From: Eledone cirrhosa
Taxonomy: Eukaryota
Direction of reading: 5' to 3'
Assembly (NCBI GenBank): GCA_964016885.1
Contig: OZ024746.1
Span: 29,326,001 to 29,390,000 of the forward strand
Length of the DNA stretch: 64,000 nt
Shown here: positions 12,740 to 25,178 of the stretch, piece by piece
Numbering within the stretch: the first letter of the stretch is position 1
Layout: the number at the start of each line of letters is the position of its first letter
Made by a program: the position numbers and the translations under genes
The notes under the pieces: generated by a model
Databases searched by the model: none
What the model was told of the DNA's origin: nothing
The model's input: only the letters and a program-made list of their open reading frames with translations

Positions 12740-15495
12740 CTTCCGAAACTACCGCCATCTCCACAACCTATACCACCACCACCACCTTTACTACAACCAC
12801 CACTTCTACTAGCACCAATACCGTCACCATCACCACCACCACCACCACCTCCACTAGCGTCAATAACGTCACCACCACCTCTACTACAACCACCACCTAT
12901 ACTAGTGTCAATACCATCACCATCACTTTTACTACAACCACCACTTCTAGTAGCACCAATACCGTCACCATCACCACCACCACCACCTTTACTACAACCA
13001 CCACTTCTAGTAGCACCAATACCGTCACCATCACCACCACCACCACCTTTACTACAACCACCACTTCTAGTAGCACCAATACCGTCACCATCACCACCAC
13101 CACCACCTCCACCACCTCTACTAGCGTCAATACCGTCACCACCATCTCTACTACAACCACCACCTATACTAGTGTCAATACCACCACCACCACCTCTACT
13201 ACAACCACCACTTCTACTAGCACCAATACCGTCACCATCACCACCACCACCACCACCACCACCTCTACTAGCGTCAATAACGTCACCACCACCTCTACTA
13301 CAACCACCACCTATACTAGTGTCAATACCATCACCATCACTTTTACTACAACCACCACTTCTAGTAGCACCAATACCGTCACCATCACCACCACCACCAC
13401 CTTTACTACAACCACCACTTCTAGTAGCACCAATACCGTCACCATCACCACCACCACCACCTTTACTACAACCACCACTTCTAGTAGCACCAATACCGTC
13501 ACCATCACCACCACCACCACCTTTACTACAACCACCACTTCTAGTAGCACCAATACCGTCACCATCACCACCACCACCACCTTTACTACAACCACCACTT
13601 CTAGTAGCACCAATACCGTCACCATCACCACCACCACCACCTTTACTACAACCACCACTTCTACTAGCACCAATACCGTCACCATCACCACCACCACCAC
13701 CTCCACCACCTCTACTAGCGTCAATACCGTCACCACCACCTCTACTACAACCACCACCTATACTAGTGTCAATACCATCACCATCACTTTTACTACAACC
13801 ACCACTTCTAGTAGCACCAATACCGTCACCATCACCACCACCACCACCACCTTTACTACAACCACCACTTCTACTAGCACCAATACCGTCACCATCACCA
13901 CCACCACCACCTTTACTACAACCACCACTTCTACTAGCACTAATACCGTCACCATCACCACCACCACCACCTCCACCACCTCTACTAGCGTCAATACCGT
14001 CACCACCATCTCTACTACAACCACCACCTATACTAGTGTCAATACCACCACCACCACCTCTACTACAACCACCACTTCTACTAGCACCAATACCGTCACC
14101 ATCACCACCACCTCTACTAGCGTCAATACCACCACCATCATCACTACTACTACTACAAACGGCAATGCTGTTACCACCACCACCACTACCACTACCACTA
14201 CTAGCACCATTGCTGTCACCACCACTTCCACCACTACTAGCGCCAATACTGTTACCACCACCACCACCACTACCACTACTAGCACCATTGCTGTCACCAC
14301 CACTTCCACCACTACTAGCGCCAATACTGTTACTACCACTAGCACCAATGCTGTCACCACTACTAGCGCCAATACTGTTACCACCACCACCACCACCACC
14401 ACCACTACTAGCACGATTGCTGTCATCACCACTTCCACCACTACTAGCGCCAATACTGTTACCACCACCACCACCACCACCACTACTAGCGCCAATACTG
14501 TTACCACCGTCACCACCACTACCACTACTAGCACCATTGCTGTCACCACCACTTCCACCACTACTAGCGCCAATACTGTTACCACCACCACCACAACCAC
14601 TACTAGCGCCATTATCGTCATCACCACCACTACCAGTACTAGAACCATTACCGTCACCGTCACCATCACCACTACCTCCACTAGCACCAATACCGTCACC
14701 ATCATCAATTCCACTACCACTACTAGCACCAATACCGTCACCATCAACACCACCACTACCTCCACTAGCACCAATACCGTCACCATCATCTCCTCCACTA
14801 CTACTACTAGCACCAATACTGTTACCACCACCATAACCGCCACCACAACTACTACTTGTGCCATCACCAGCACAAGCACCACTACCACTACTAGCTCCAT
14901 TACTATCATACCGACAATCACTACCACCACCACCACCACCACAACTAGCACCTATACCGTCACCACTACTAGCGCCATCATCCTCACGACCCCACCACTA
15001 CTAGCACCAACACCGTCACCTCAATTAGCGCCATCATCATCATCATCATCACCACCACCACAACCTCACGTAGCACCTATACCGTCACCATCACTACTAG
15101 CATCATCACCACCGTCACTAGCAGCATCACCTATACCATCACCGTCACCACTACTAGCATCATCACCACTACCACCACTATTAGCACCATTACCATCACC
15201 ATCATCACAATTACCACTACTATCGCACCATATACCATCACCACTACCACCACACTTGTTACTAGCGCCAATACCGTCATTGCATCTACCACCGTCATCA
15301 TCATCTCCCATAAGCAACACCACCACAACCATCATAACCACCTCAACCGCCACCACCTGCTGCACTAACTCCACCAACACCGCCACCACAATAACTTCTA
15401 CTATCACCGACGCCACTTCGACCACCCTGTCATCTTTATCTTCCCCATATCCACCACCACCACCACCACCACCACCACCACTACCACCAAACCAC
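12740..15495 (+). repeat. (ACC/ACT)-derived minisatellite with a 60-bp unit and higher-order repeats; reads as a Thr-rich mucin-like ORF
   Basis: Unit accgtcaccatcaccaccaccaccacctttactacaaccaccacttctagtagcaccaat, repeated exactly at 13375-13660. Confidence 0.85.
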
Positions 15496-16527
15496 ACACT
15501 TCAGAGTGATACCGTATATGATAAGACTGAGATATTTAATTTACAGTCCATCTAATGGGCTTCCAAACAGCTTCCTTCTACTTAATTTCCCTCACAAGGC
15601 TTGGTTTGATCCAAGGCTATGGTGAATCATTGCTTAAAATGTCATGCGGTGAGATTGAACCCAAGATTCATGATTATGAAGAATTACAGCATTCAGCCAT
15701 GCTAGCATAATGGTTTCTTATGTAGGCACAAGGCCAGCAATTTTTTGGGAGGGGAAAGTCGATTAAATCAACCTTATTGCATTACTGGTACTTTATTTTA
15801 TCGACCCCGTCAGGATGAAAAGCAAAGCTAAGTTTGGCGGGATTTGAACTCAGAACGTAAAGGGACGTAACTATAGGCCGCAGTACATGATGATGATAAC
15901 GATGATTTCTGCATTAGGCACAAGCCTGCTTAATTTTGAGGGAGAAGAAAGTGAAATAAATCAACCCCTGTACTGGACTACTATTTTATTTTATCGATCT
16001 CGGAAGGATAAACGGTAAAGCTGACTTCAGAAGGATTCGAAAACGAAACGTAAAGATCCAGAACAAATGCCACAAGGTATTTTGTCTGACGCTCTAACGA
16101 TTCTACCAATCAACGACAACAACAATGGCCCTTTTCTGCTAATATGAAGAATCATCATATCGGACAACTGATTTCTTCAAGAGAGAAATAGCGATAGACA
16201 TAAAGAAGAATCGACCCCAGTACTAGATTGGTACTTTATTTATCGACACCGGGAGCATGGAATGTAAGATGCACTAGCGCAAGATTTTATCCCAGATCGC
16301 AGAGAAACGGAATCAACACGGCTAAGCATTATATCTGATCTTCTCACGACTACCATATACAAAAACTCCATGAAATTCATCACAAACGAAACAGGAAAAA
16401 AAAAAAAAATGATTCAGGGGCGATAATTGTTTTCTAGCTTCCAGTTATTCCCCTTACATCATTTCTCCATTGTTATTTTTTCTTCCATCATTAATTCAGT
16501 TACGTAAACATATTAGGTTTGTTCATG

Positions 16528-16850
16528 AAGGCACGTGGTTTAGTGATAAATGTGTCCGGCCGGCTTACGACCGTAAAGTCATGAGTTCGATTCCCGGTGG
16601 TCCGTTGTATCCTTGTGCAGACACTTTATTTTACTTTACTCCAGTCCACAGAGTTGGAAAAACTGAATTGTACCTGTAATTCAAAGGACCAGCCTCGTTA
16701 TACGCTGTGTGATGTTGAATTCCCATCCCCCGCCGCGAATTATGTTATGGGTACATGTGTTTGTGGAATACTCAGCCACTTGCACATTAATTTCACCAAC
16801 AGGCTGTTCCATTGATCGAACACTCATCGTCGTAATCGATGGAATTCCAA
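16528..16850 (+). mobile_element. Second tRNA-derived SINE family
   Basis: gtggtttagtg...gagttcgattccc head. Relatives at about 9290-9470 (-), 17060-17160 (+) and 33210-33740 (-). Confidence 0.65.
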
Positions 16851-18864
16851 CAAACATAATACATACATCGTTACGTTATTTTCAATTAGTTGCTAAATGT
16901 CTTTACTCTTTTTCTTCTTTTCTTTCTCTTTCTTTTTCGCTTCCTTATATACACTTTTATCACATTTAGTTTAATAAATAAATTTATTAGGTCGGAGATC
17001 GGGGAGCCCCTCTAGGTAGAGCCGCTACTTCCTTGAATTGAGAGATAAACAGTCCCGATATTTAGGCCTGGTCGTTAGGGTGTTTAGCTCATAACCGTAA
17101 AGTCGTGAGTTCAATTACCAGTGGTGCGTTGTGTCCTTTATACCCACTCTGCTCCATCTCATACATAGATTCCTGGTCTCCTCGATCTCGGTACTGCAAA
17201 CTTATATATATTTACACGCACGCTCTCTCTCTCTCTCTCTCTCTCTCGCTCTCTCTCTCGCACATGCACGCACACACAAACACACAAACACACACACACA
17301 CATATATATATGCATATATATATATATATATAATAAAAAATGACAAACACAGAAATACAAAAAAAAACCAAAATCAGTGTTATTAGGTGGTGGATTGGCA
17401 GTATTGGTAGAGCGTGGGACACCATGTTTCGCGGCATAGAGTTACGGCTGTTTACGTTTTGATTTCAAATCTGCCGATGTAGGATTTGTCTTTCCTCCTT
17501 ACGGGATCGATAAAATAAGGTAGCAGTAATGCATTGGGGTCGATTTAATCGAATTTCCCCCTCCCACCAAAATGTTGGCCTTGTGCCTAAATCATAAATC
17601 GTTATAATCACGGTTTGGATGAACGAGAGAAAAGAGGTTCAACTTAACGGACGTTAGTCCTTCATCGGGAAAGTACACTAGTTTAGAGACTAGAAAATAA
17701 AACTAAAATAGAATATGGGGAATATGAGTGTGTGTGTGTGTTGTTTTTAATATTTTCTTTGTATCAACGTATATATTGGTGGAATGCTTTATACATCTTG
17801 GGATGATATGGTAAAAACTGACCTCACATAATTAAACCTTTCTAAGGAGATGACACAGGATGAAGCTCTCTGGCGTTATGCTGTACTGCAGAAGATCTGC
17901 TTTCCCATGTGCACAGAATGAAATAAATATGGAGGGGAAAGTCTGCACCAATGTTCTTCAGACATCTCCCTAACTTAACACTCACTCATCTCCCCCTCAA
18001 CTTCGTTGTCTAGGTACCCCACCTTAGACCTCCTCCAATCAATGCTTCCATACCCACCTCACCATCTATATGCAACAACAACTCCCACAGTGAAATACAG
18101 CTCTGCCGCTGTTCTTCCGTCCAACCCCTTCAGGCATGGTAAGGCAGCCCCCACTTAACACCCATTTTCATCGGCCAACCCCAACTCCCAGCCCAGCCCA
18201 TCCTATAACAATATACAAAGACCCATGAACTAGATGTGGTCTCCTGTCCGGTCTAGTATCCCATCGTGATTACCCGTCTGGCCCTCTAGACTGTCCAACA
18301 CATGCATGCTTGGATAACCAGATACGCAGAACACCTCCCCACAATGTTGGTGACAGGACAAAACTCTATTCTGTGAAGTGGTCGTACAGGTGCCACGACA
18401 AAACGCACTTCATTGTGTACGGGTACTGTGACAAAAGCTCCTAGAGGTGTCGCGAAAGAATTCGCACAGTCCATCCTGTAAGGTAATCGTACTGGTGCCG
18501 CGACAAAAAGCACCCAGTCCAGCCTATAAGGTGGTCGAACTAGTACCACAAAAAGCACTCAGTCCACCCTGTAAGTTTGTCGTATTGGTGCCACGTCAAA
18601 AAAGAACGCAGTCAAACCAGTAAGGTCGCCGTACTAGTGCAACAAAAAAAAGCACTCAGTCCACATGCAACTTAGTTCTTCATCTTTAGAAGACATTTAT
18701 ATATATATATATATTTATAAGCAAAGATATATTTAATTTGCTGGTAATTCAACACATTTATTTATAACAGATTCGAAGTACTCGACCGATTTCCTGGAGT
18801 ATAATATCAATGATATTAATAAAGGGAAACTATATTTATAGAACCATATTTATTTTAATATATA

Positions 18865-19740
18865 CTAGCAGTGGTACCCGGCGTTGCACTGGATAAGGTA
18901 TTTTGGAACGCGGGCCGCCAACAGACCTAATCGTGAAAAAACTGCATGCCTGGACACTATGTAAAGAAAATAAACCGAATACTCTGATGGCTGGATAATC
19001 TTTAAGATTTTCCTCGATGAAGCAGGAAAAATGCAGTTTTTCACCTAAGGGATCAAGAAAATGAATTTTTTTTATGTGCATAATATACCTTGATATTTCG
19101 GGAAAATCGGCTAGGCGTAACGCCTCAAAAAAGCCATAAAATGCCGAAAAAATGAAGTTTTTCACCTAATGCGGGCCCTAGGCCATAAAAAAGTTGGATT
19201 TTCTTTGCTCACGGTATGAAGAGACTGACTAATACATAGTTACAATTACAGTCTCACGTAATGCCTCAAAAAGACCCTAAAAACCTGAAAAAAAACGCAG
19301 TTTTTCACCTAATGGGGGCCCTAGGGGATCAAAAAGTTGAATTTTTTATGTGCATAACACTCCCTGAAACATAAATAATACACATGTAAAGTTTTTAAAA
19401 AGTCGGTTGGGTACTTCTCGAGTTTTAGGGATTCAAACTCACAGACACACACATCCTCAGGGAAGTGACGTAATGCAGATAGACAGATATTATGAGGGCG
19501 CGACGTTATATGTATGTATCTATCTAAAAAGAGAAAGACTAAGAATATAGAGAGAGATCGCTAAATCGCCTAATTCGGTCCCTAGGGCATTGAAAATTTG
19601 AAATGTTTTATGCTCAGAACACTCCCTGAAACATAAGTATTACATGTGTAAAGTTTGAAACAGTCGGTTGGGTGGTTCTCGAGTTTTAGAGATTCAAACT
19701 CACACACACAGACAGACATCCTCAGTTTTATATATATATA
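18865..19740 (-). mobile_element. Non-autonomous Helitron
   Basis: Minus strand 5' tatatataaaactgaggatgtc; 3' ccagtgcaacgccgggtaccactgCTAG|T. Internal duplications. Confidence 0.75.
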
Positions 19741-20548
19741 TATTTCAAGGGTACCAAAAAAACTTCGGAACCTGAACCGATAAGGTCTGGTTTATCAGAT
19801 ATGTCACTATTTATTAAACAAATGTTGTATTTATCTGATAAAAACGTACCAAAGTTTTTTTGGCACCCTTGAAATATATATAATAAAATAAATATGGTTT
19901 TATAAATATAGTTTCCATTTATTAAAATCATTGATATATATATTTATATATATATTAAATTGAATTAGTAACTACGCCGTATTTTGACAACAGAAAATAG
20001 TCTAATAATTGTTTCTACTTTAGGCACAAGGCCAGCAATTACCCAGTACAATAATAACAGAGGGTATGATCCCTTACAACGAAAAAAATTAAGTTACCCA
20101 TTTCTCCCTTTCTATGGTCTTAGATGGTTTGTTATTATTATAGTAGTTTATTTGGTCAAAACATACGGCTAAGTTACTAATTCAATTCAATTTTCTACTT
20201 CCACCACCGGCTCTTATAGATATTGAGTGATCCAAACAAGACTTTATTATATATATAGGTGAAGGGTGGTGGATTGGCAGTATAGGTAGAGGGTCGGACG
20301 CCATGCTTTCTAGCATAGAGTTACGTCCCTTTACGATCTGAGTTCAAATCCCGCCGAGGTTAACTTTGCCTTTCATCCATACGGGGTCGATAAAATAAAG
20401 TACCAGTAATGTACTGGGTAATTGCTGGCCTTGTGCCAAAAGTAGAAACAATTATATATATAGTTGAACAAATAAAACAAACACACGGATGCAAAAACCA
20501 AAAAAAACAGTCTTATTTTGATCAAGCTCCACGCACACACGCGCACGC

Positions 20549-20599
<51 letters not shown>

Positions 20600-20680
20600 G
20601 TCGTCCTCGTCGTCGTCATTGTCATCATCAATGTCTTGATTATTTCCCACGAATGAAACAGTTCTGGTCCTACAGAAGTC

Positions 20681-20737
<57 letters not shown>

Positions 20738-20886
20738 AAAGAATAGAGGTGTAACACACGAGTTATGATATATTGGTAAAAGGAAAAGAAAATGCTGACA
20801 AATTGTTCCCAGTTAAAAATAGTTTTATTAGGAATAAGTAAAAATTAGTAATAAGTATTGGTTAGTATTCAGTTTTGGTTTTAAGT

Positions 20887-20922
20887 TTTTACCGGTTACG
20901 CATTTCTAATGCTTTTCAAAAA
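20887..20922 (-). ncRNA. Second U3-A8 hammerhead variant (A13 mutated)
   Basis: ttt-TTGAAAA-gcatt aga aatgc-GTAACCGGTA|aaa. Confidence 0.5.
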
Positions 20923-21067
20923 TAATTTTGAGATAGAGCGCCCGTGATGTTTGCTCAAATCTGATTAGTTTTGAAAATTCTACCTGTTTTATCTTTAAAA
21001 AGTGGCTCCAGATGTATTAAAATAAGTTTCGCGCCAATTCGTGTTGCATATATATATATATATATAT

Positions 21068-22150
21068 TCCCAGTACGCTGGACCGACTCCTGAGCTATAC
21101 AGTCGTTATATCGACGACTGTATCGGCGCCACCTCTCTATCACGAGAACAGCTCGACTGTTTTCTTTCTACTGTCCAATCTTTCCATCCTGCTCTCACCT
21201 TCACCACCTCTGTCTCCGATTCTTCTGTCGCTTTTCTAGATATCTCTGTATCTATTAATCACTCTCACCACACCCTCTCTACTTCCATCTACATTAAACC
21301 AACAGACTCCCAATCTTATCTCGACTTCACCTCCTCCCATCCAACCCACACCAAACACTCCATAGCCTTTTCTCAATTCCTCCGTCTTCGTCGACTCTGT
21401 AGCCAGGACGACGATTTCGAAAACCATTCCCTTCGCATCGCTTCCTGCTTCATCCAGCGTGGATATCCCCCACCTTGATCCAAGCTGCTCTCACCCGCGC
21501 CCGTGAAACAGTCCGCACCACAGCCCTCTCACCTCACCCCGCCCTCCCAAACCCGTGTTCCTTTCCCTCTCACCTACCACCCCATCACCCTACCACTCCG
21601 CCGACATATCCTCCGTCCCTCCGTATCCTATCTTCTGACCCCGTTACTTCTCGCTTTTTTCCAAACCCACCCATTACTGCTTTTAAGCGCGCCCGAAACC
21701 TCCATGACCTCCTGGTTCGCAGTTCCTTTTCGTCCTATCCCACGACTCCACCCGGCTATTATCCTTGTTCCCGTTCCCGCTGCAACACTTGTCCCTTTAT
21801 TTCCACCCTCACCACTCTTACAGGCCCTAACGGGTCTTTCCGTATCCGCCATTCCTTCACCTGCACATCCACCCACGTTGTCTATGACCTCCGGTGTTCC
21901 ATTTTGCGGGTCTTTATATATCGGACAAACGGGACGCCGTATGGTGGACCGTTTTGCCGAAAATTTGAGGGACATACGACTCGGTTTGGATACTCCTGTC
22001 GCCCGTCATTTCTATTCCCCCTGGTCATTCTTCCCTACATGTTTCAGTCCTGGGTGTCCTTTTACATCATGGATCACAGGCCTCGCGCACCAGGACTGAA
22101 CAAAGTCTGATTCACCGTCTTGGGTCCTATTCCCCTCTTGGACTCAACTC
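21068..22150 (+). mobile_element. Penelope-like retroelement (Neptune-type), 5'-truncated RT + Cys linker + GIY-YIG, frameshifted
   Basis: RYIDD, FLDISV, IYIKPTDSQSYLDFTSSHP, SQFLRLRRLCS, then PCSRSRCNTCPF, FTCTSTHVVY and LYIGQTGR across three frames. Starts at a (TA)n tract. Confidence 0.9.
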
Positions 22151-22300
22151 AACTCCACAATTTCTCTAATACCCCGTCCATTATCACACCCCTAGATTCC
22201 TATCGCTTTCTCTTTGCTCATAGCTTCGTATTTACATGCACACACACTCTTTTACTCACATATACACACACATTTCTTCTTAGCTTCATACCGACCTATA

Positions 22301-22346
<46 letters not shown>

Positions 22347-22743
22347 TACGCACGTCCTCAAGTATAGTTCTCTTTACAAAACGGTTTTTTTCCATTTCAG
22401 GTAAATGCGCGCCATCATCCACTTTTCTAAAAAACAAATCATACACAAAACGCCAGCACCAACAGTTTTGCAAGCGATGTCAACATAATGGACCTATCAT
22501 TGGCAGTATCGATAGAAGGTCGGATGCCAAGCATAGAGTTACGGCCCTTGCCATTCTGAGTTCAAATCCCACCGAGGTTAACTTTACCTTTCATCCTTAC
22601 GGGGTCGATTAAATAAAGTACCAGTAATACACTGGGATAGTTGCTTGCCTTGTGCCAAAAGTAGAAACAATTATTTTTATCTAAAGAGATTTTTTCCAAT
22701 TCCATCCCGTCCGTACCCTTAATCTATTTTATTTCTCATTCTT

Positions 22744-22779
22744 TCTTCTGATGAAGGACTAGCGTCCGAAACGTTAAGA
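22744..22779 (+). ncRNA. Type I minimal hammerhead ribozyme in Penelope pLTR
   Basis: tctt-CTGATGA-a-ggac tagc gtcc-GAAAC-GTT|aaga, with palindromic stem III (AACGTT). Lies downstream of the Penelope ORF. Confidence 0.8.
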
Positions 22780-22877
22780 CCCTGTTACTGCTATATCAGG
22801 CGTTAACCTAATATATACCTTCCATATACTGTACCGATTGTGTTGTTATTTCTGTTTACATTTTACATTTTACATAT

Positions 22878-22912
<35 letters not shown>

Positions 22913-23204
22913 CTCATTAGAATAACATCTACCAAATTTCTGTTTGATGTAGATACATTAATTCCTGTAACTAATATATAATTTCTAGACTGTTGGCTAT
23001 CATGGGAATATCCAAATTGTCGCAATATCAAATCTATATTTGAAATAATTAACAAGATTTAATTACTCTTTGCTCTACAAGCTTGTTTATTTGAACTTCA
23101 TGTTGGTATTCAAAAATATCTAATGAATCTGTCTTTCCAAAAGAATTATTTCAAATAACTGCAGAACAAATCTATGTTGGAAAATAACCAAATTCCGCTG
23201 GACA

Positions 23205-23435
23205 GGTCATGTCAACATTATGGACAATATGCCATTGACTATTAAGATCATGTCACCTACATGGACAATACGCCATTGATCATTAAGATCATCTCCCCTA
23301 CATGGACTATACGACATGGAGCCTTAAGTTCATGTCACCCACATGAAGATAATGTTACAGATATTTAAGGTCATGTTCCCTCAATATAGACAATGTTACG
23401 GATTTTAAAGGTCATGTCACCCACATGGACAATAT
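23205..23435 (+). repeat. About 42-bp minisatellite
   Basis: taagatcatgtcacctacatggacaata... repeated about 5-6 times. Confidence 0.75.
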
Positions 23436-25178
23436 TCAAGGGACCATTATCTTTTGATGCAGTCAGTTGTAGAGGCACCGTAGCGATATATATCGCGATA
23501 TATATCGCGAACCCATTCCTCTCCATGTCACGACATAGACGAACAAGAACGAGAGAGAGGAAATAACAAAGCGATATGGAGGGAGAATAAGCCACATGTT
23601 ACTTTATTTATCGACATAAAACGAAGCTGACCTCACAGGTATTTGAACTCAGAGAGCCGAGAACTAGACCGAATACTGCCAAGAGTGTTAGCCAACGTTC
23701 TATCTACTCTACCAATTCATCGCGCATAGCAAAACAGCTTCTCCAGGGTGAGTTTGCTTCTGTGAAAAGGGAACTGCAGGTTTTATATAATTTTAAGATC
23801 TGGAGTTGGGCCCTGGGTGGTACTCCCTTGGTTATTGCTCCAGGGCAGAGGACAGTTGGACTGATATAGAATTACGGAGCTGGATGTTTTATATTGTTTA
23901 GATCTACAGTTAGGCCTAAGAGGTTGGCCCCTGAGGGTTTATCCTTGTGTTATTGCTTCAAGGAAGATCACAGTTGGCGACCCTCCAACAAATGCTAAAA
24001 TGTTAGCTTGAAGATAATACCCAACACCATGCAGCTTGACATAAATCACAGGGAAAAAACCCTCACAAGAGACACATATCCTAGGTTGAGAGAATTAAAT
24101 GTGAGCTTTGCTAAGTCCGAGTCAGGCCAACATGCACCTTTCTTTCCTCCGTTATTGAACAGCAAAACAAGTAGAAACGCTTGTTATTTTCTCGATTCCA
24201 CCACAGTCACTTGACGACATGAAACAGAAAATAGATTCATTATGTAGAGGTACCTGGGTTAAATAAGTTCCAGGAATAGTTGGGGTGGGGGGAAAAGTTG
24301 ATTTTGTGTAGACTTACCTGGGTTAACTAAATTTCAGGATTGGAAGGGAGATACAGACTTACCTGCTAAGTGATTGATGGTTCGCTCCCACATACCAGCA
24401 CACCACTAGATATTTGGTATAGAAAAGTATTTAACAATCTGTTTTATTGTTTTATTGGTTTCACTCACCTGATTGAGACCCTTGAAGGATTTTAACCGAT
24501 ATATATCAACCGACTACTTATTATTTTTACTACACTCTGGTACGTATTTTACAGTTTGTTTTATTTAAAAAAATTATTTATTTAAAAAATAAAACTCCGT
24601 CATAATTTTGTTAGAACTTTTGTTACGCTATATTCCGAACACCAGTTTAATAATGATATAGTTATATATACCTAAATCCCTACATATTATTTAAAAACTA
24701 TAGGTAATAATGTTTCATTAGAAATATAGTAATGTAAGGGTTAAAGTGTTTATATTTATCTACAGACTTTCCACACTAATTTTATGTTAGAATATTTATG
24801 TTCCAAACGCCAAATTAATAACGAAAAAGTTATATTATTAAATCTGTCTGAATCCTTGATTATTTTCAACATGATTTGCAAACCATAGGTGGTTGTTTCT
24901 ATTACAAAAAGGGTAAGGAAAAGGTTAAACAAATTTCCCTTCAAACTTATAATTTATTTTCCGTAAAAAGAAATAACAAAAAGTAGAAAAAAAGCCAAAA
25001 AATAAAAGCAACAATAACAATAAAAAGAACCCCTCTTCTCTTGGAATGTATGACTTTTGTTTTTGTTGTGTAGAACTTCTGTGTGCGAGTGTGTATGTGT
25101 TGGTGTTTGTATGTATGTGCATGTAGATATGTATGTGTATATATATATATATATATATATAATGTGTGTGTGTGTTTA

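Noticed and set aside
24310-24390. acttacctgg...agggagatac resembling the U1 snRNA 5' end
   Set aside because: The match is fragmentary with no U1 stem-loops or Sm site. It reads equally well as minus-strand splice donors or chance.
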